Positions 25,951-39,030 of a stretch of DNA of 64,000 nucleotides are shown in pieces. This stretch comes from Mobula hypostoma. Lineage: Eukaryota. Under the pieces are notes generated by a model. That model was not told the origin of the DNA, did not search any database, and saw only the letters and a program-made list of their open reading frames with translations. The stretch spans positions 44,268,001 through 44,332,000 of the forward strand of contig NC_086102.1 of the NCBI RefSeq assembly GCF_963921235.1. Reading direction: 5' to 3'. The translations under genes and the position numbers were made by a program. The stretch's first letter is position 1; the number at the start of each line of letters is the position of its first letter.

Positions 25951-28900
25951 TTTTCCTTAGTGATAGCAATCGAACCCTATAGTTTGTTCCAAAGAGTCAG
26001 TGGAAAACCCTGTCTGTGACAAATTGGAGAACTATATAAACATCACAATGAGAAAAGGATCAGCTAACAGTCATATGGTATACATAATCAAATACACTTT
26101 TGAAATCATTAGGTGAGCATTTGGATAGTGGGAGGTATAACAAAGTATTGCAGGATGTATAAAAAATATTAAATTTTATGACTGTAATGACACAGGTGCA
26201 ACATATTCTAGTTCAGTAATACTTGGTTTGCAATTCTGCATCATACTCAAACAATGTGGACTACCCACTTTGATTACATAGGCAATTCTCAAGGAGACAA
26301 CTGAGAACTTGTGGATCATTTTCTGTTCTAGATTTATATTATGTGGAATACTATTTTGTTTTTATTTTGTTCTGTGGAATGGCAGTTCCCTTTCTGGCCA
26401 GATTTACTGGTTAAAACTAATATGATTTTCTGTGTTCTACTTGCAGAATCTATTTGAATGGAGGACATTTGTCTATATTTCCAATTTTTATAAAACTGTT
26501 TTTTTTCTTAGGTAGGCAGTAAAAGTTTATTAAATACGTTAATAATTACTGCCTTTGGAAAACTTGCACCTGCAATTTGTGCCTTCAATATCTATTTCCC
26601 TGCAGGGGATGATGGGAATGCCGTACATCATTCATGACATAATGCCTCCATTTAAATATTAATGAAAGTGTATGCTTGCAAGACTTGTATTGCCACAATA
26701 GTGCTGAATATAGGATTTTTCTAGTGTGCAATGAAGTGCCAAACACAAAATTTAAAGATAGACTCTTTTAATATTCCTATTCAATTATTCAATCCAGTCT
26801 GCAATATTTGTGCATTTACTGAAGGTCCATAGGAGACCCAATTACTTTTCCTTTTTGAAGTTGCTTATTGAGCTTTCAAGTTGTAGACTGCAGCGCAGGG
26901 CGTTCTATGTTCTTCTAAACTTAATCTGCCAAGATTTAACTGGTATGCATATTTTATTGCTCCTTTACTCATTTATAGCCTCTATGGTGTCAAGTGCTGC
27001 AGTTCCCAAATACCACAATTATTTCACTCTATTAGACTCTGCAGGTCATTCCAGCAAAGTTATACTTGTTTTCTTGACCTGCTTATAAAGATAAAGCTGA
27101 ACTTGCCCAAAATACATCTTAGGTTAAAACTTTGGAAATGTTACCCCAATACTCTTATGCATATATATGTACCACTAAATGAAACACGAATCCAAATTTT
27201 CAAAACTTCTTTTCAGAAGATCTTCTACCTAAATTTTTCCTGAACCAGTCCGGTTCGATTCCAGATTCCAGCATTGTTTCAATTATTTCTAGACTCATCT
27301 CTGTACTTTTTTAAATTAACAAATGTCACTGTGTTGCTCCTTTGAAAATTGTTACAGTTCTCAGTCAGAATTGTTTTTCTTTTACTCGTGAACTCTGCAA
27401 AGATATAAATACCATTTCTTTTTGAAGTCATGGAAACCTTCAACAGTTATTGAAACAAGATCATACATTTACTCTAGATGATAGCTAATTTATTATTAAA
27501 GTTTTATCATTTTATAGATTGAGATGTTTCATTGGACTTTTATAATTAGGAAAAGTAATTCTGTTTTATGAAATTAAGTTCAGATTGTTCAAAATGCCTA
27601 AGGGAAAATAGTGGCACATTGTATAATAAAACTAACTCTTCTATCATTACTTCAGACTCCCGGCTATGTTAAACAGTACAGATTCTCTGCAGCTTCTGAA
27701 TACCTGACTTGGATACAGGCAATACGTATGAACAAACATTTGGAAGACACTGAGATGAATTTGCTGGCGACTGCACTTCTGTCCTGTGGGAACTCTGTTC
27801 CCAGCTGCTTTTCTAAATTGAAAACTGTTCGGGTTATGGACAGTTCTCAGGAACAGAACCCTGCTGAAACCCAGAAATGGGAGAGAACCTGTGCTGACTT
27901 ACCAAGTTATTCTAAGTTATTTTCTATCAGCTATCACACTCTCCATTTTAAGTGCACAAGACATTAAGCATCAATTGATTTATTCAAAAAAAATGGATGG
28001 TCCAGGATCAGAAACAACTTTCAAGCTACGAATTTCCTTAAGCGTGTTTATAAGAGCATAACACCAAAGGCTGTTGATTTTGTTTGGAAAACCAAGGCAG
28101 GCTAAACCTGACGTTACATTACAATGTAAACATAGCTGGGAGAGGGAATCATATAATCAACCCAATGAACATCTCAGGTTTCAGATTTAAATCCATCAAT
28201 AAGTTTGGAGGAGTTGGGTGAAAGAGAATTAAATGGCAATGTCATAAACCACAACTCACATTTCCCTACCGATAGATGTACTCAATTACACCTTGTTAAT
28301 GCACTATTCAACTCCGAAACCAGTTTCCCATTTCTTTTAAAATTCTCTAACTGAAGATCCATATTGGGGACAATATACCTCTCAACTAAAGTGAACGTGT
28401 CACAGACTAATCCCCTACCCCAAAACTTAGGGTGTTGATGGAAGCTGAGAAGTTCCTGCCATTAAGTCATTTACCAGTACCTGCTAACCCACCCGCAGTG
28501 ACACCTGCTGATTGCAGTCTGTCAACACCTTTTCTGGGAGATGCTTGGAGATTCTGGGTTAGGCCACAGGCTTCAAGTGGCATGATTAGGGCCAAGTACA
28601 AGTGGGGGGTGGGCAAAGTGGTGAGTTTGTGTGGGTATGTGCATGCAGCTAAATTTATGTAGCAAAGCTTAATCTCCAATTAACCTCTTTGCAATGAACC
28701 AAAACCACACTTTATCAAGGGGTGGTTGGTGAGCAATGGTCACCTCACATTTCACATATAGGCAACTTCCACCCCTCAGGACCAAGGCAGAAGAAATACT
28801 GTTAGTTCTGGGGGACTGCCCGAGGAAAGTTAGTGGTTAGAAGTTCTGGCTAATAAAGATATTATGTTCCATTGATCACATTCTCGCTTGAAGATCCTTA

Positions 28901-29618
28901 GTCTGACAAGGAATCCCAGGTTTGACTTCAGACTTGGATGTCATGCCATCTCATGAAACAACTCTGCTAAATAAATATATTCTAATACCTGCTTCAAAGA
29001 AACCGCAGACCAGCTGGTTACCCAATGTTGTTGTTATTCATGAACTGACTGTGCTCTTAATGTACAGAAAGATGACAGCTAAACAAGAACAAACCCAATA
29101 TTACAAGAAACAAAATAGTGTATGAGGCTTTCATTGGTCTTGCCCAGAGCAGAATGTCTGCTCCTTTGTTCTTAAATCCTGGTAATGACAGCAATAGCAT
29201 ACAAGCTAGAACTGCTAGATATTGAAGATTTACTATGAACTTATATCTGGGAGTTGTCAATGTTAGTGCAGGGATCAGTACATGTATATTGTATATGATA
29301 ATATGGACTAACTAACCATAAAGTAATTGCTTCAGTTCTGATTAGCTCACTCAATGACATTCAGGTAAACAACTTGCAAATCATTAAAGACTGGATAATT
29401 ATCTATCAATTCAAATTATGTGGTGTCTGAAATTAAACATATTCAACTTGAAAACCTTACAAACCAGCATTTTCATGGAGGTACAAGCATTTTCGTTTCG
29501 ACAGTCACTGCAGAGGTAAAATATTTCTTATCAAAGTATTCTCCTGCTTGCTTACTGCAACCAGCTCCAGCCACTTCTGTTTTCCCACATAAATATTAGT
29601 GATTTTTGTTGTTATTGT

Positions 29619-29624
29619 TTTATT
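29619..29624 (-). terminator. Candidate IGSF3 polyadenylation signal (AATAAA)
   Basis: First minus-strand AATAAA I found downstream of the stop, about 1.6 kb away. More distal ones lie at 27489-27494 and 26526-26531. Usage is unknown. Confidence 0.3.
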
Positions 29625-31246
29625 TGTTGTCCTGTGTAACTTACATATGTTAGTGATCCATAAATTGTTGTTTTTAATTTAGTGGGAAATAAAAATCCTT
29701 AAAAAGAATTCATAGATGATTAAACCCCACTTTCATTCTCTTAATTGTGTACAAGTAATTATACAAGATTGTGCATAAGATTGACTCAGTACATGGAAAA
29801 GGATCTGCTGATGTAGCAGAGCATTACAGTTTCTTTCAAGGTTCTCCAAGGTAAGTAAGTTGAGGAAATTCCTCTGTGATTTACACTGGCAGGTTTTTAT
29901 GCAAAGGCTAATATCCTGACAACAAAATTAACTATGTTGGGCAAGTAATTTGTTCAGATTTGTAACCATTTCTCTTGACCAAATGGTCCTCTTTCAAAGA
30001 ACAATATTGAAACAAAACAGGCAATTATAATGATTCTGGTTCATACATGGAATAAAAAGTTATTTTAAAAAGTGCAAAGGAAATTAAGTATAAAAAAAAT
30101 GTTATTCAGCTGCATGACTATTTTCCATTCTACAAAGTTGCAGCTCCATATGACTTCTGTATCAAAAAATTCATAAACGAGAACGATTAGCTGTACCTAC
30201 TAATAATCTGCTTCATCTTCATCTGTATTCACTAGAGGAATGGAATTTCATTGTCCCACATCTTGCACTTGGGTTACATTGTCTTCATGTAAGTCACACT
30301 GCATTTATGACACTGATGATCATTACCACCTGCACAAGGTGTCCTCTGTGATTTTTCTATTGCACATCATAGTCATTTGACATTCGTCAAACATGGAAGT
30401 TTGCCTGACTCAATATCTATGAGCCTTCAGTTCTACAGATTCTCTTGGGTTTCATGATCTTCATACTCGTTTTCCATTGCTTCTTTTGCTCAATATTCTA
30501 AGCTGTGCTGATTGAGCAAAATGTCTGGCTGTACAACGATCTCTCCAGTTGTGACTTGCTTTGGATATAATGTTGACTCTTAGATTTGCTAACCAGACCA
30601 GTGGGGAAATTAAGAGTCATGAAGCTTTGGGGAAAAAAATCCTCAAATTTAGATTATAGTTCAATATTTTCCCTCCATCATGTAGTTCTGTATTCTTAAT
30701 ATTTAGTAGATTGTCTGGTTTTTATGACATCAGATCTATTACACATAGCAGACTAATGTGAAAATGCTCATGCAGTGAGAATAGTTGGCAAAGATCTAGA
30801 AAATTCATCAAGTCATTGGTGGTAGCCACACCAAACAACAGCAATAGGACACTGCTGTGTTCTGCATCAGCGAATTTCAGAGGCAAAACACACACAACAC
30901 AATATTGCTGATATATAGTGCACTCAACGCTACCGACCAGGAATACATTTCTAGGCACAGATAAAGACATTAGTGTGAAATTAAACATTCCAGCTACACC
31001 AAGTATTCCTTTCAGGCTTATTGGGATGGAGGCCAATTGAGCCAAACATTTTACAATATATGTGCCTTTTCTCCCCCACTTCCCAATCAAGTGACCTTTA
31101 GAAAGTACACTCACTGTACATGGATGGAGGAGTTTGCTTTCAAATTTAGATTTTCTTCTGTGGTGAATATTCACCACTAGTTCAAACTTGATTCTTTCAG
31201 CTGAATGTCAAATCATTCTATCCAAAATTCTTTTCTTTTCCTTCTG

Positions 31247-31497
31247 TTAAGCGATGCTTCCTGGTCCTATTCTGAAATCCGGTGGTTCAAGACTTGTTGG
31301 GGAATAAGTCACCGCTGGCTCTTTAATCCAGAGTAATGGAACACCATTTTTGGCATCAGACTTTTTCTGTGAGTTTAGAGTCTTGTAGCGCGTTAGTAAA
31401 ATAGCAATAAGAAGGACCCCAAAAATTGGAAAGGGATAGAAAAATATGAAGTAAAACAGGGCATCATTTGAACAAATTGCTTGCTGAAGAGAAGAAC
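31247..31497 (-). CDS. IGSF3: IGSF3 terminal coding exon: stalk, transmembrane helix, cytoplasmic tail, TAA stop
   Basis: Acceptor tttcttttctgcAG, in phase with the previous exon. (G)SSLQQAICSNDALFYFIFFYPFPIFGVLLIAILLTRYKTLNSQKKSDAKNGVPLLWIKEPAVTYSPTSLEPPDFRIGPGSIA*. The motifs CSNDALFYF.FFYPFPIFG and KNGVPLLWIKEP match IGSF3 as I recall it. Absent from the ORF track (no ATG). Confidence 0.95.
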
Positions 31498-32869
31498 CTG
31501 CAGAAAAGAAATAATGAGAAGATCAGAAACTTCCTATTGTTTTTGTCATTCCTATTACGCTGGCTCATATTTCTTTCTCTTCAAACTATATCACTCAGTT
31601 GTAGACCTGTGCCTAAAACATTCCATTGTTCTAACTAAAGTAAATACTTTGGGAACAGCATTCTGGTGGCTCAGCAATTTTTTCATCCAAGACACATGAG
31701 CAATTTAGAAAATGAACCCATTGTTATTACTCCATTTGTTCTAATAGGGAAAAATCAAGGCAGCAGATGTTATTCTGAAATCAGTGAATAGCTCCTGAAT
31801 AACATTTGTTCTTGACCTCCTGAAACAGACACAATTTGCAAATACAACCGCAACTGCCTTGTAACATTATTATTTTCTTCTTTTTAATTTGGGCTTCCTC
31901 CAGAAATAGATTTATTTCATAGGCAGCTGGTATTTACAAAGGATTAAATTATCTGAAGGTTTTAGCCGTTGATAGAAATCACATTTTCTTTTAGCTTAAG
32001 TTCCCCAATAGTTCACAAGAAGCTAAGACAAATGAGTCTACCCCTTCTAATTTTGAAGAAGATTTAAACTCGCATATATGGATAAATGGCATTCTCTTTT
32101 CGCTTATGTTACTAATGAGGCATCCCATTTGTTTCCAGAACCTCCTTTTATTGTTTCAGATCTATAGTCTGATTGCTTTGTTTTCCGCGTATCTACACAT
32201 AACTAATCTTATATATATATCAGAATTGGTAATAAGGCTCATGCCCCAAAATAAACCTAAAGGTGGGCAAATCTGATTAATATATAATTTTCATGTAGGG
32301 GCAGGGGCCAGTATCATGCATACTTTTATATTATTTCTTCCTGGCTGGTTAAGGGATCATATACTGTGTTTTAGAACAAAGCAGCTCAGAAGCTATCATA
32401 AGTAGCTGTTATTGAATCCCACGCTACTGGTTTTGTTCTCTACAAAGAGGGGTTTCATTTTTTGACTATGAAAAGAAATGTGAAACTCTAGCACAGCCTT
32501 TAAGATGACACACCTCTATGAACTACCTTAGGGCATTTCCCCCTCAAACATTAACAGGGCTATAGAGAAGCCAGCTGCTTCTGTTGCTACAGATTCACAT
32601 TTGTCACTCTCTATATTGCAGCATCAACTTGCATTTACATAGCAGCTGAAACACAGAAAATCGCCCCGAGGCATTTAACAGAGGTACAATGATGTAAAGA
32701 TTAATACTGAGCAGAGAGCAGGAAATTTGAAAATGTGTGACAAAGCCTCACAGATCAGAGACTCTGTTTTGATCCTGATCTTGATTGCTGTCTTCATTAA
32801 AAATGTTTGTTTCTCCCTGCAGATGGCACGTGTTCATTATATTGTTTTTATTTAGAGATACAAAAAGGT

Positions 32870-33015
32870 AAGAGGCCATTCTGCCCCAACAACTTTCTAA
32901 CCCGTATGGTTTTGGAAGGTGGGAGGAAACTGGAGCACGTGGAGGAAATCCATGCAGAAAGCAGCAGAATTGAACCTGGGTCACTGGAGTTGTAATAGTG
33001 TTATGCTCTGACAAT
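32870..33015 (-). mobile_element. Degenerate V-SINE fragment
   Basis: tgggaggaaactggagcacgtggaggaaatcc is the antisense V-domain. Confidence 0.55.
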
Positions 33016-34660
33016 CTGGCTGGTAGGCTAATTGGCAGCACCATGCTGCCCGAAGCAAGTAGCGGGAGGTAGTGGTGCTGGTGGAAGTTGGTTGGAATGG
33101 GAGTGGAAACATGGGATTTGTATGGATCTATGGATGCAGATGGCTGAATTGCTGGTTTTCTTTCCTTATGACTCCATGCCACGATGAAATGAACCTGAAG
33201 GATACCCCTTCAAGAAAATAAAGTGAGATTTAATGGATTTTTAAAAAATATTCACTTTTCAGAACCTGTACGCTTCTGGCAGAATCAGCATTTTCTGCCC
33301 ATTTTTGTGAAGCCCTTGGAACGGTGATTGTGAGACCAGTGAAGGTACTCATTACAGTGTGCTGTAGGAAGTTCCAAGGTTTAATCCAGTGACGATGAAG
33401 CACCAGTGATATGTTTCTATGTAAAAAAAAATGCCACTTGACTTTGAGGGAAGCTGCAGGTGATGGTGTTTTCACGCCCCTGAAGTTCTTGTTCTTTTTC
33501 TGATAGAGATTGTGGGTGGGGCTGTTGCAGCAGCCTGCGAAAGTTACTGCGATACCTTTTGTAAATGGCATGCACTGCAGCCATTGTGCACCAGGAGTTG
33601 ATGGGGTCGCTTTATCCTGTTGTTGGTGTCTTGAGAGTTGCTGGACCGGCCAGGCGACTGTCACTCAATGCAGCATACACAGTCTCCAACCTGCTGTTAG
33701 AGTCACTAAAGTGCTTATGATACTTTGAGTTAAGTTTTTGATCCATGTAACCCCTAGGATGCTGGTGGGAGGATAACACAAAAATGGTAATGTCAGTGGC
33801 TGTCAAACAGTCTCTTACTCTCTTACTCATTAGTCCACACTGAAAGTTGTTTAATTTTTTTTTAAGCTTGTGCGGTTTCATTTGTCAAGGAATTGTGAAT
33901 TGAATTGGACAGTATGCAATCATCAACAGACATTTCCACCTCTAAACTTGTAATGGTGACAGAATAACAGGGTGCCCTCCCAGCCACCACCATCCTGACT
34001 TGGAAATGTATCACCATTCCGTCACTGTCACTGGGTCAAAATCTCAAGACTGTAGCGACTCAAGAAGCAGCTCACCATCATCTTCTCAAGGACAATCAAA
34101 AGGACCTTTGATTAAATCCATTTTTAATAAATATGAAAGGAATATCATTGATAAAACAGCTTAAGATGATTGAGTCTGGAATACTGCTCTGAGAAACACA
34201 TGCTGAGGCAGAGATATATTGACACCAAAAATACCCACGTGTTTTTCTTTGAACAAGTTTTGACCTCAACCACTGGAGTATTTTGTCCATGATGCCCTTA
34301 AGTTTTATCCAAGCTCCTCAATGGCACATTTGGTCAAGTGCCGCCTTGATATCAAGGACAATCACTCTTGTTCTGCCTCTGGATTTCAGCTCTTTAGTCC
34401 ATGCTTGAACCAGCAGTGTGGAGGTGTGGAATGGATTGCTCAGGCAAACCCCAAGTGCAGCAAGGTTTTAATGAGCAAATGCCATTTGATAGCACCTTCA
34501 GAGACACCTTCTATCATTTTGTGATGGCATGGTATAGGTTATCTTGTAATAATTAGCTGGATTGCATTAGGACATAAATAAATAGGTGGAAGTGTAGGTC
34601 ATCTGGTCCATTGCGCTGCTCCACCATTCATGGCTGATCTGGCCATAGACTCATCTCCAC

Positions 34661-34845
34661 CAGGTCCTTTATTCTGCTGTTCTGGTTGCACGGGACATAT
34701 CTGGACAATTTTCATGTTGTTCAATAGATGCCAGTGGCTGACCTTGCTGAGGAGTCAGGTTCACCAGGTCCTTTGTCCTGCTCTTTTGGTTATACAGGAC
34801 ATATCTGGAAAATTTTCATGCTGATCAAAGGATGCCAGTGGTGTA
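34661..34845. repeat. Two-copy tandem repeat, period 104 bp
   Basis: caggtcc at 34661 and 34765; ggacatatctgg at 34693 and 34797. Confidence 0.85.
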
Positions 34846-36639
34846 ACTCTGCTGGGACTACTCGAAAAGAGATGCAGATAGTTTTGGAAAGGAGGTTATT
34901 GCAGCACTGATGTCTGTCCCCATAGCATTTGCTGTATCCAGTGCTCACAGCCACTTCTTGACAGAGGATTGGCTTCTGTATTAATTGGGACCTCAGTAGA
35001 AAGCCGAGATAGCTTATCCAATTGACACTTCTCACTGAACAAGAAGCCCAAGGAATTGATGGACTTAAACGGGGTTGTTGTTGTAATGGTCAGATGTATA
35101 GTTTAGGGTGACAATACAACACAGGGATAGCGAGGAATATGACAAAGGCGAGCTTTAAGCACAATACTGGGAATTCAAAGCACTGGGTACAGTGGTTATG
35201 GAGCAAAGCTTTGCAGATTCACAGGAATTGACATTGGCCAAGAGAGGAAAAGAGAGCTGGTAGGCGGACAACAAGTGGGTTTCAACAACAGAGAAATTGA
35301 GTTTAAGGCAGCTGTCCCATGCCAGTTCCCCAAGTATTGATTCCCTCATGGTTCAATACCACTTTTTTTGTCCAACTATCCTCACGGAATCTTTCACTGA
35401 TCACACAATAACAATGAAGAAGATAATAAAGGAATAAAACCAGAAATTGCTGGAGATAACACAACATCTATGAGAAAATAACAGGGTTGATGTAATGGGT
35501 GTGCAACGTTACATGCCTTTACATAGATGTGGCCTCAACAGTTCAGCATTTCCAATATTTTCTGTTTTATTTCAAATTCAGAGCACCTGAAGTATTTTAC
35601 TTTTAAAATATACATTTAACACAACAGTAGAAGAGTCTCTTCCATTCAGGAAACATAAAACATTCCACAAAAAATCAGCCTAAACTCCATCTCAGAGCAC
35701 TTTGTCGTCTAGTGCTTTTTTCTCATACTTTCACACACACTTTATCTAGCCGTGGATCTACTGGCAGAAGAATGACAGTTATCACCTTTCTGAACGTATC
35801 TATGGGCTACTGTGGAGTTTAAACAGCAAATAAAAGTGTGCTGAAGTTACAAGACCTGTCCAAAGCCACTTATTAATATAGATCCAAGATGAATTTAATA
35901 CAAATTACATTTATTTTTAACATAAAAGTAACCATTTGATTGGAATGAATTTTGCCTCTTAAGGTAGTAAAACAGTTTTATAAAAATAAATCTTTTGAGT
36001 TTCAGATTAAGCCACTGTTTTGCACCAAGAGGAAACAAGTTCAAATCCAAAGAGACAAAATTAGAACAAATATAAATTAGTTCATCTTTGGAGCCTAATT
36101 TTCTTGGATTCTATTCTACGGTAATGTGGGTCTGTAATAACTCTCCTATTGCCAAGCCTTATCCTTGAAGTTTTAAGCCTCATTCCAAGGACTGCAGCTC
36201 TGAGGGAGTGTTATTGGCTCTTTCCCACAGAACACTGCAAAATCAGCAAGTATATTAGCCACACATGGAAGAGACAGGTGTTCAATGACTCTTTAAACAT
36301 CCAAGTAATTTCACGTACCCCTTAACTCTTTAAGGATTGTATCACAATATATATTGTCCACTAACCATCAGGCACAAGTGCCCTGGTTATTCAACACTAA
36401 GAACTGAGATTATATTTCTTTCACTTAACCTTATTGTTACAGCCAAAGATAAAGTGAATTGTTTTTTTAAAATCAAACCAGAAGATGATGTATAGTGGAA
36501 CCATGGTCAATGCTGAGACCATTGCATTTTTTTTAAAAAAAGGAAAACCTATATTAATGGATGAGACTTGTGGATGTAAACCAAAATTTCCAAGTTTGCA
36601 GACAATACAAAACTTAGTTATATAGTGAACTGCAAAGGG

Positions 36640-37340
36640 GATTGTAATGGATTGGGGGATACAGACTGTCTGCTAAAAGAGGCAGATGAAATGTGAAGCG
36701 AGTAATTTTAATTAGAAGAGTCATTTTTATAGAATAAGGGGTACTGTTCTAAAATGAGTATGAACATAGAGGGACATGTAGGTAGGTGCACTCAAATCAT
36801 CAAAAGTGGCAGGATACGTTGAGGAAACAGTTGATGAGATATTCTCAACTCTAGGCTTTATCAACTTAGATATGGAACGTACAAACTTTATAGTCTTTAT
36901 AGGTTGGTGGTCCAGATTCAGTTGAAACACAGCAATCAATTCCGGATGTGAGGTATTAGAGAGGGCCCAGGATCCTAGAGGGTCTGCTCTAGGAAGCACT
37001 ACAGTTAGATAAATGGATTAAAATAGCTGCAATTGTTTTAAGAAGTTGCTTTAGGGAATTTGATAGAAATATAGAAAATAATGATGGATCTGGACACAGC
37101 AGATAGCATGAGCCTGTTCACATTGCAAAACTGTTTAAGGAATAGAAATTACTTGTGTAAAAGAGAGAGAAACCTGGGGAACTACTCATATACGGCTGGA
37201 ATCTGGAATGGAGTGCCTGCAAACATGATAGAGGTAGCTTCCATCATGGTTTTCAAGATAGAATTATGTATGGTGAGGGAAAAAATGTGAAAAAGTTTAA
37301 GTGTGGAACAAGTGAGTCCCTCTTGACGCAATGGGCTAGC
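36640..37340 (+). mobile_element. Old CR1 3' fragment abutting the last Ig exon
   Basis: Degenerate CR1 RT C-terminal sequence (ctaggctttatcaac..., atctggaatggagtgcctgc). Confidence 0.5.
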
Positions 37341-37388
37341 TAGTCATTTTCTGTGTTGTAATCATTCTGTGTTGCTTTGGTAAATTAC

Positions 37389-37811
37389 CTTTGCTTTGTA
37401 CAGTGATAGTGACCAGCCCGGACTCATCCTCTCCTAGTTTGTACCAGATGTGGTTGGCATTTTGAATCCACTCCTCTACGCTGCAATAGTAATTTCCAGT
37501 GTCACCTTTGCCAGCATTCTGTATTGTTAAGGTGTACAATCCGTTGGAAGGCCTCTCGAACTGCAATCGGTCCTTCATTCCTTTAGCCCCATCGATTAAG
37601 GTATCAAATCCAAACACGGTATTATGATCAACTTTTAAAATTGTCTCCTTAATAATTCCATCAGTATCCTTTTTGACTTTCCAAGCAAACCAGGATACAG
37701 CAAATTGGGAATTCTGTTGTGTTTGTTGGGTTATATTGCAGCTGAGCTGGAACAGGTCCTTTTCTGATACACTGATGTTCAATTCTGCTTTATCCAATTG
37801 CATCTTAAATT
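37389..37811 (-). CDS. IGSF3: IGSF3 internal exon, last V-type Ig domain
   Basis: 423 nt, acceptor tttgatttcccaaacAG, donor GTaatt, phase 1/1. (E)FKMQLDKAELNISVSEKDLFQLSC...FAVSWF...DTGNYYCSVEEWIQNANHIWYKLGEDESGLVTITVQSK. Confidence 0.93.
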
Positions 37812-38559
37812 CTGTTTGGGAAATCAAAAACAAAGAGACAGCACATTTTAATGTTTAATTATGAAAAACCGTACAAGCTGTATCCCTTCCATCCGTAAAA
37901 TAAATGTATCAGTCTTAAGCTGTCTTCTGAAAGTCATTTCCTAAGGTCAATGAATCAGAACTACACTTCTGTGGTCCTCTGACTTCTGAATTTGATTCCT
38001 AGCTGAGGGAAAGGCTCACTCAATTTAGTCTAATATTGACACTATTTCCCTCAGACAGGGATGGAACAACCTCCTTGCTTTCAACCATCCCTACCCAGAT
38101 CAAACCAACAGGATGAATGATAAGATACAGGAGCAGAATTAGACCATTTGGCCCATTGAGTCTGCTCCTCTATTCATTCATTCAAGGCTGATTTTTTTGT
38201 TCTCAGCTCCATTCTCTCTGCAACCTTTAAGCACCTTATCAATCAATAATCTATCAATCTCTGCTTTAAATTGTCAGGGTGCATTCTGGAGTTAGAGTAT
38301 ATAGCAGATATTAATTTCATCAGCAACCAATCTTCAGACATGAACATGGATTGTAGATTGAATTCAAAATGCAGCCTTGAACAATAGTTTTCCTGGAGCT
38401 GTGAACTGGGGTAGTTCCAAACCAGACAGTGCGGATTAACATTCATTTTGGGTGTCTGGAGTGTGAGTGTGAAGAAGGTGGTATGTGAAAACTATATATT
38501 ATTTAAAGGAAGCATTGTAGATATATTGAAATTATAGAGTTGTCCTGCTGTTACCTTTG

Positions 38560-39030
38560 ATCTTTAGCATTTAAAAATTTCATGTAATATTGGGTCGGGA
38601 GGCCTCTTCCTCTGAAACGGTCTCAATATGATGCTTACACCTTTTTTTGTTGAATAAAACACTTCTATATCCATTAACTTTGATGACTCTCCAGTGACTT
38701 TTTTTCACATTACAACAAAGTACACCTAGTGACATGGCTCCCACAATCCTCTGTAGCAACAAATTCATAGACTCCCCACCCTCCAACTGATGAAATTCCT
38801 CATCTCAGCTCAAAAGGCTGAAGATGAGGAATAAAGATATCCCTTTATTCTGAGCCCGTGACCTCCGATCACAGACTCTACTAATGGCAACATCCTCTTC
38901 ATGCTCACTCTATCAGGCCTTTCATATCCGATAGGTTCGAGTGAGATCCCCCTCATGCCTCTGAACGTCATCGCGTATAGGCGCAGAGACATTAAATGCT
39001 CCTCATACTTTAAGTCTCTCATTCCTGAGA
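38560..39030 (-). mobile_element. CR1 3' fragment
   Basis: ORF 38810-39022 RDLKYEEHLMSLRLY...SVIGGHGLRIKG. Confidence 0.6.

Noticed and set aside
27656-27730. PH-domain-like motif YRFSAASEYLTWIQAI
   Set aside because: The A-to-W spacing is about 2 residues shorter than in typical PH C-terminal helices, and no upstream PH exons were found.
30722-31177. 151-aa ORF right after the IGSF3 stop (readthrough or second cistron)
   Set aside because: The IGSF3 frame hits another stop 13 codons after TAA. No recognisable motif, so treated as a chance UTR ORF.
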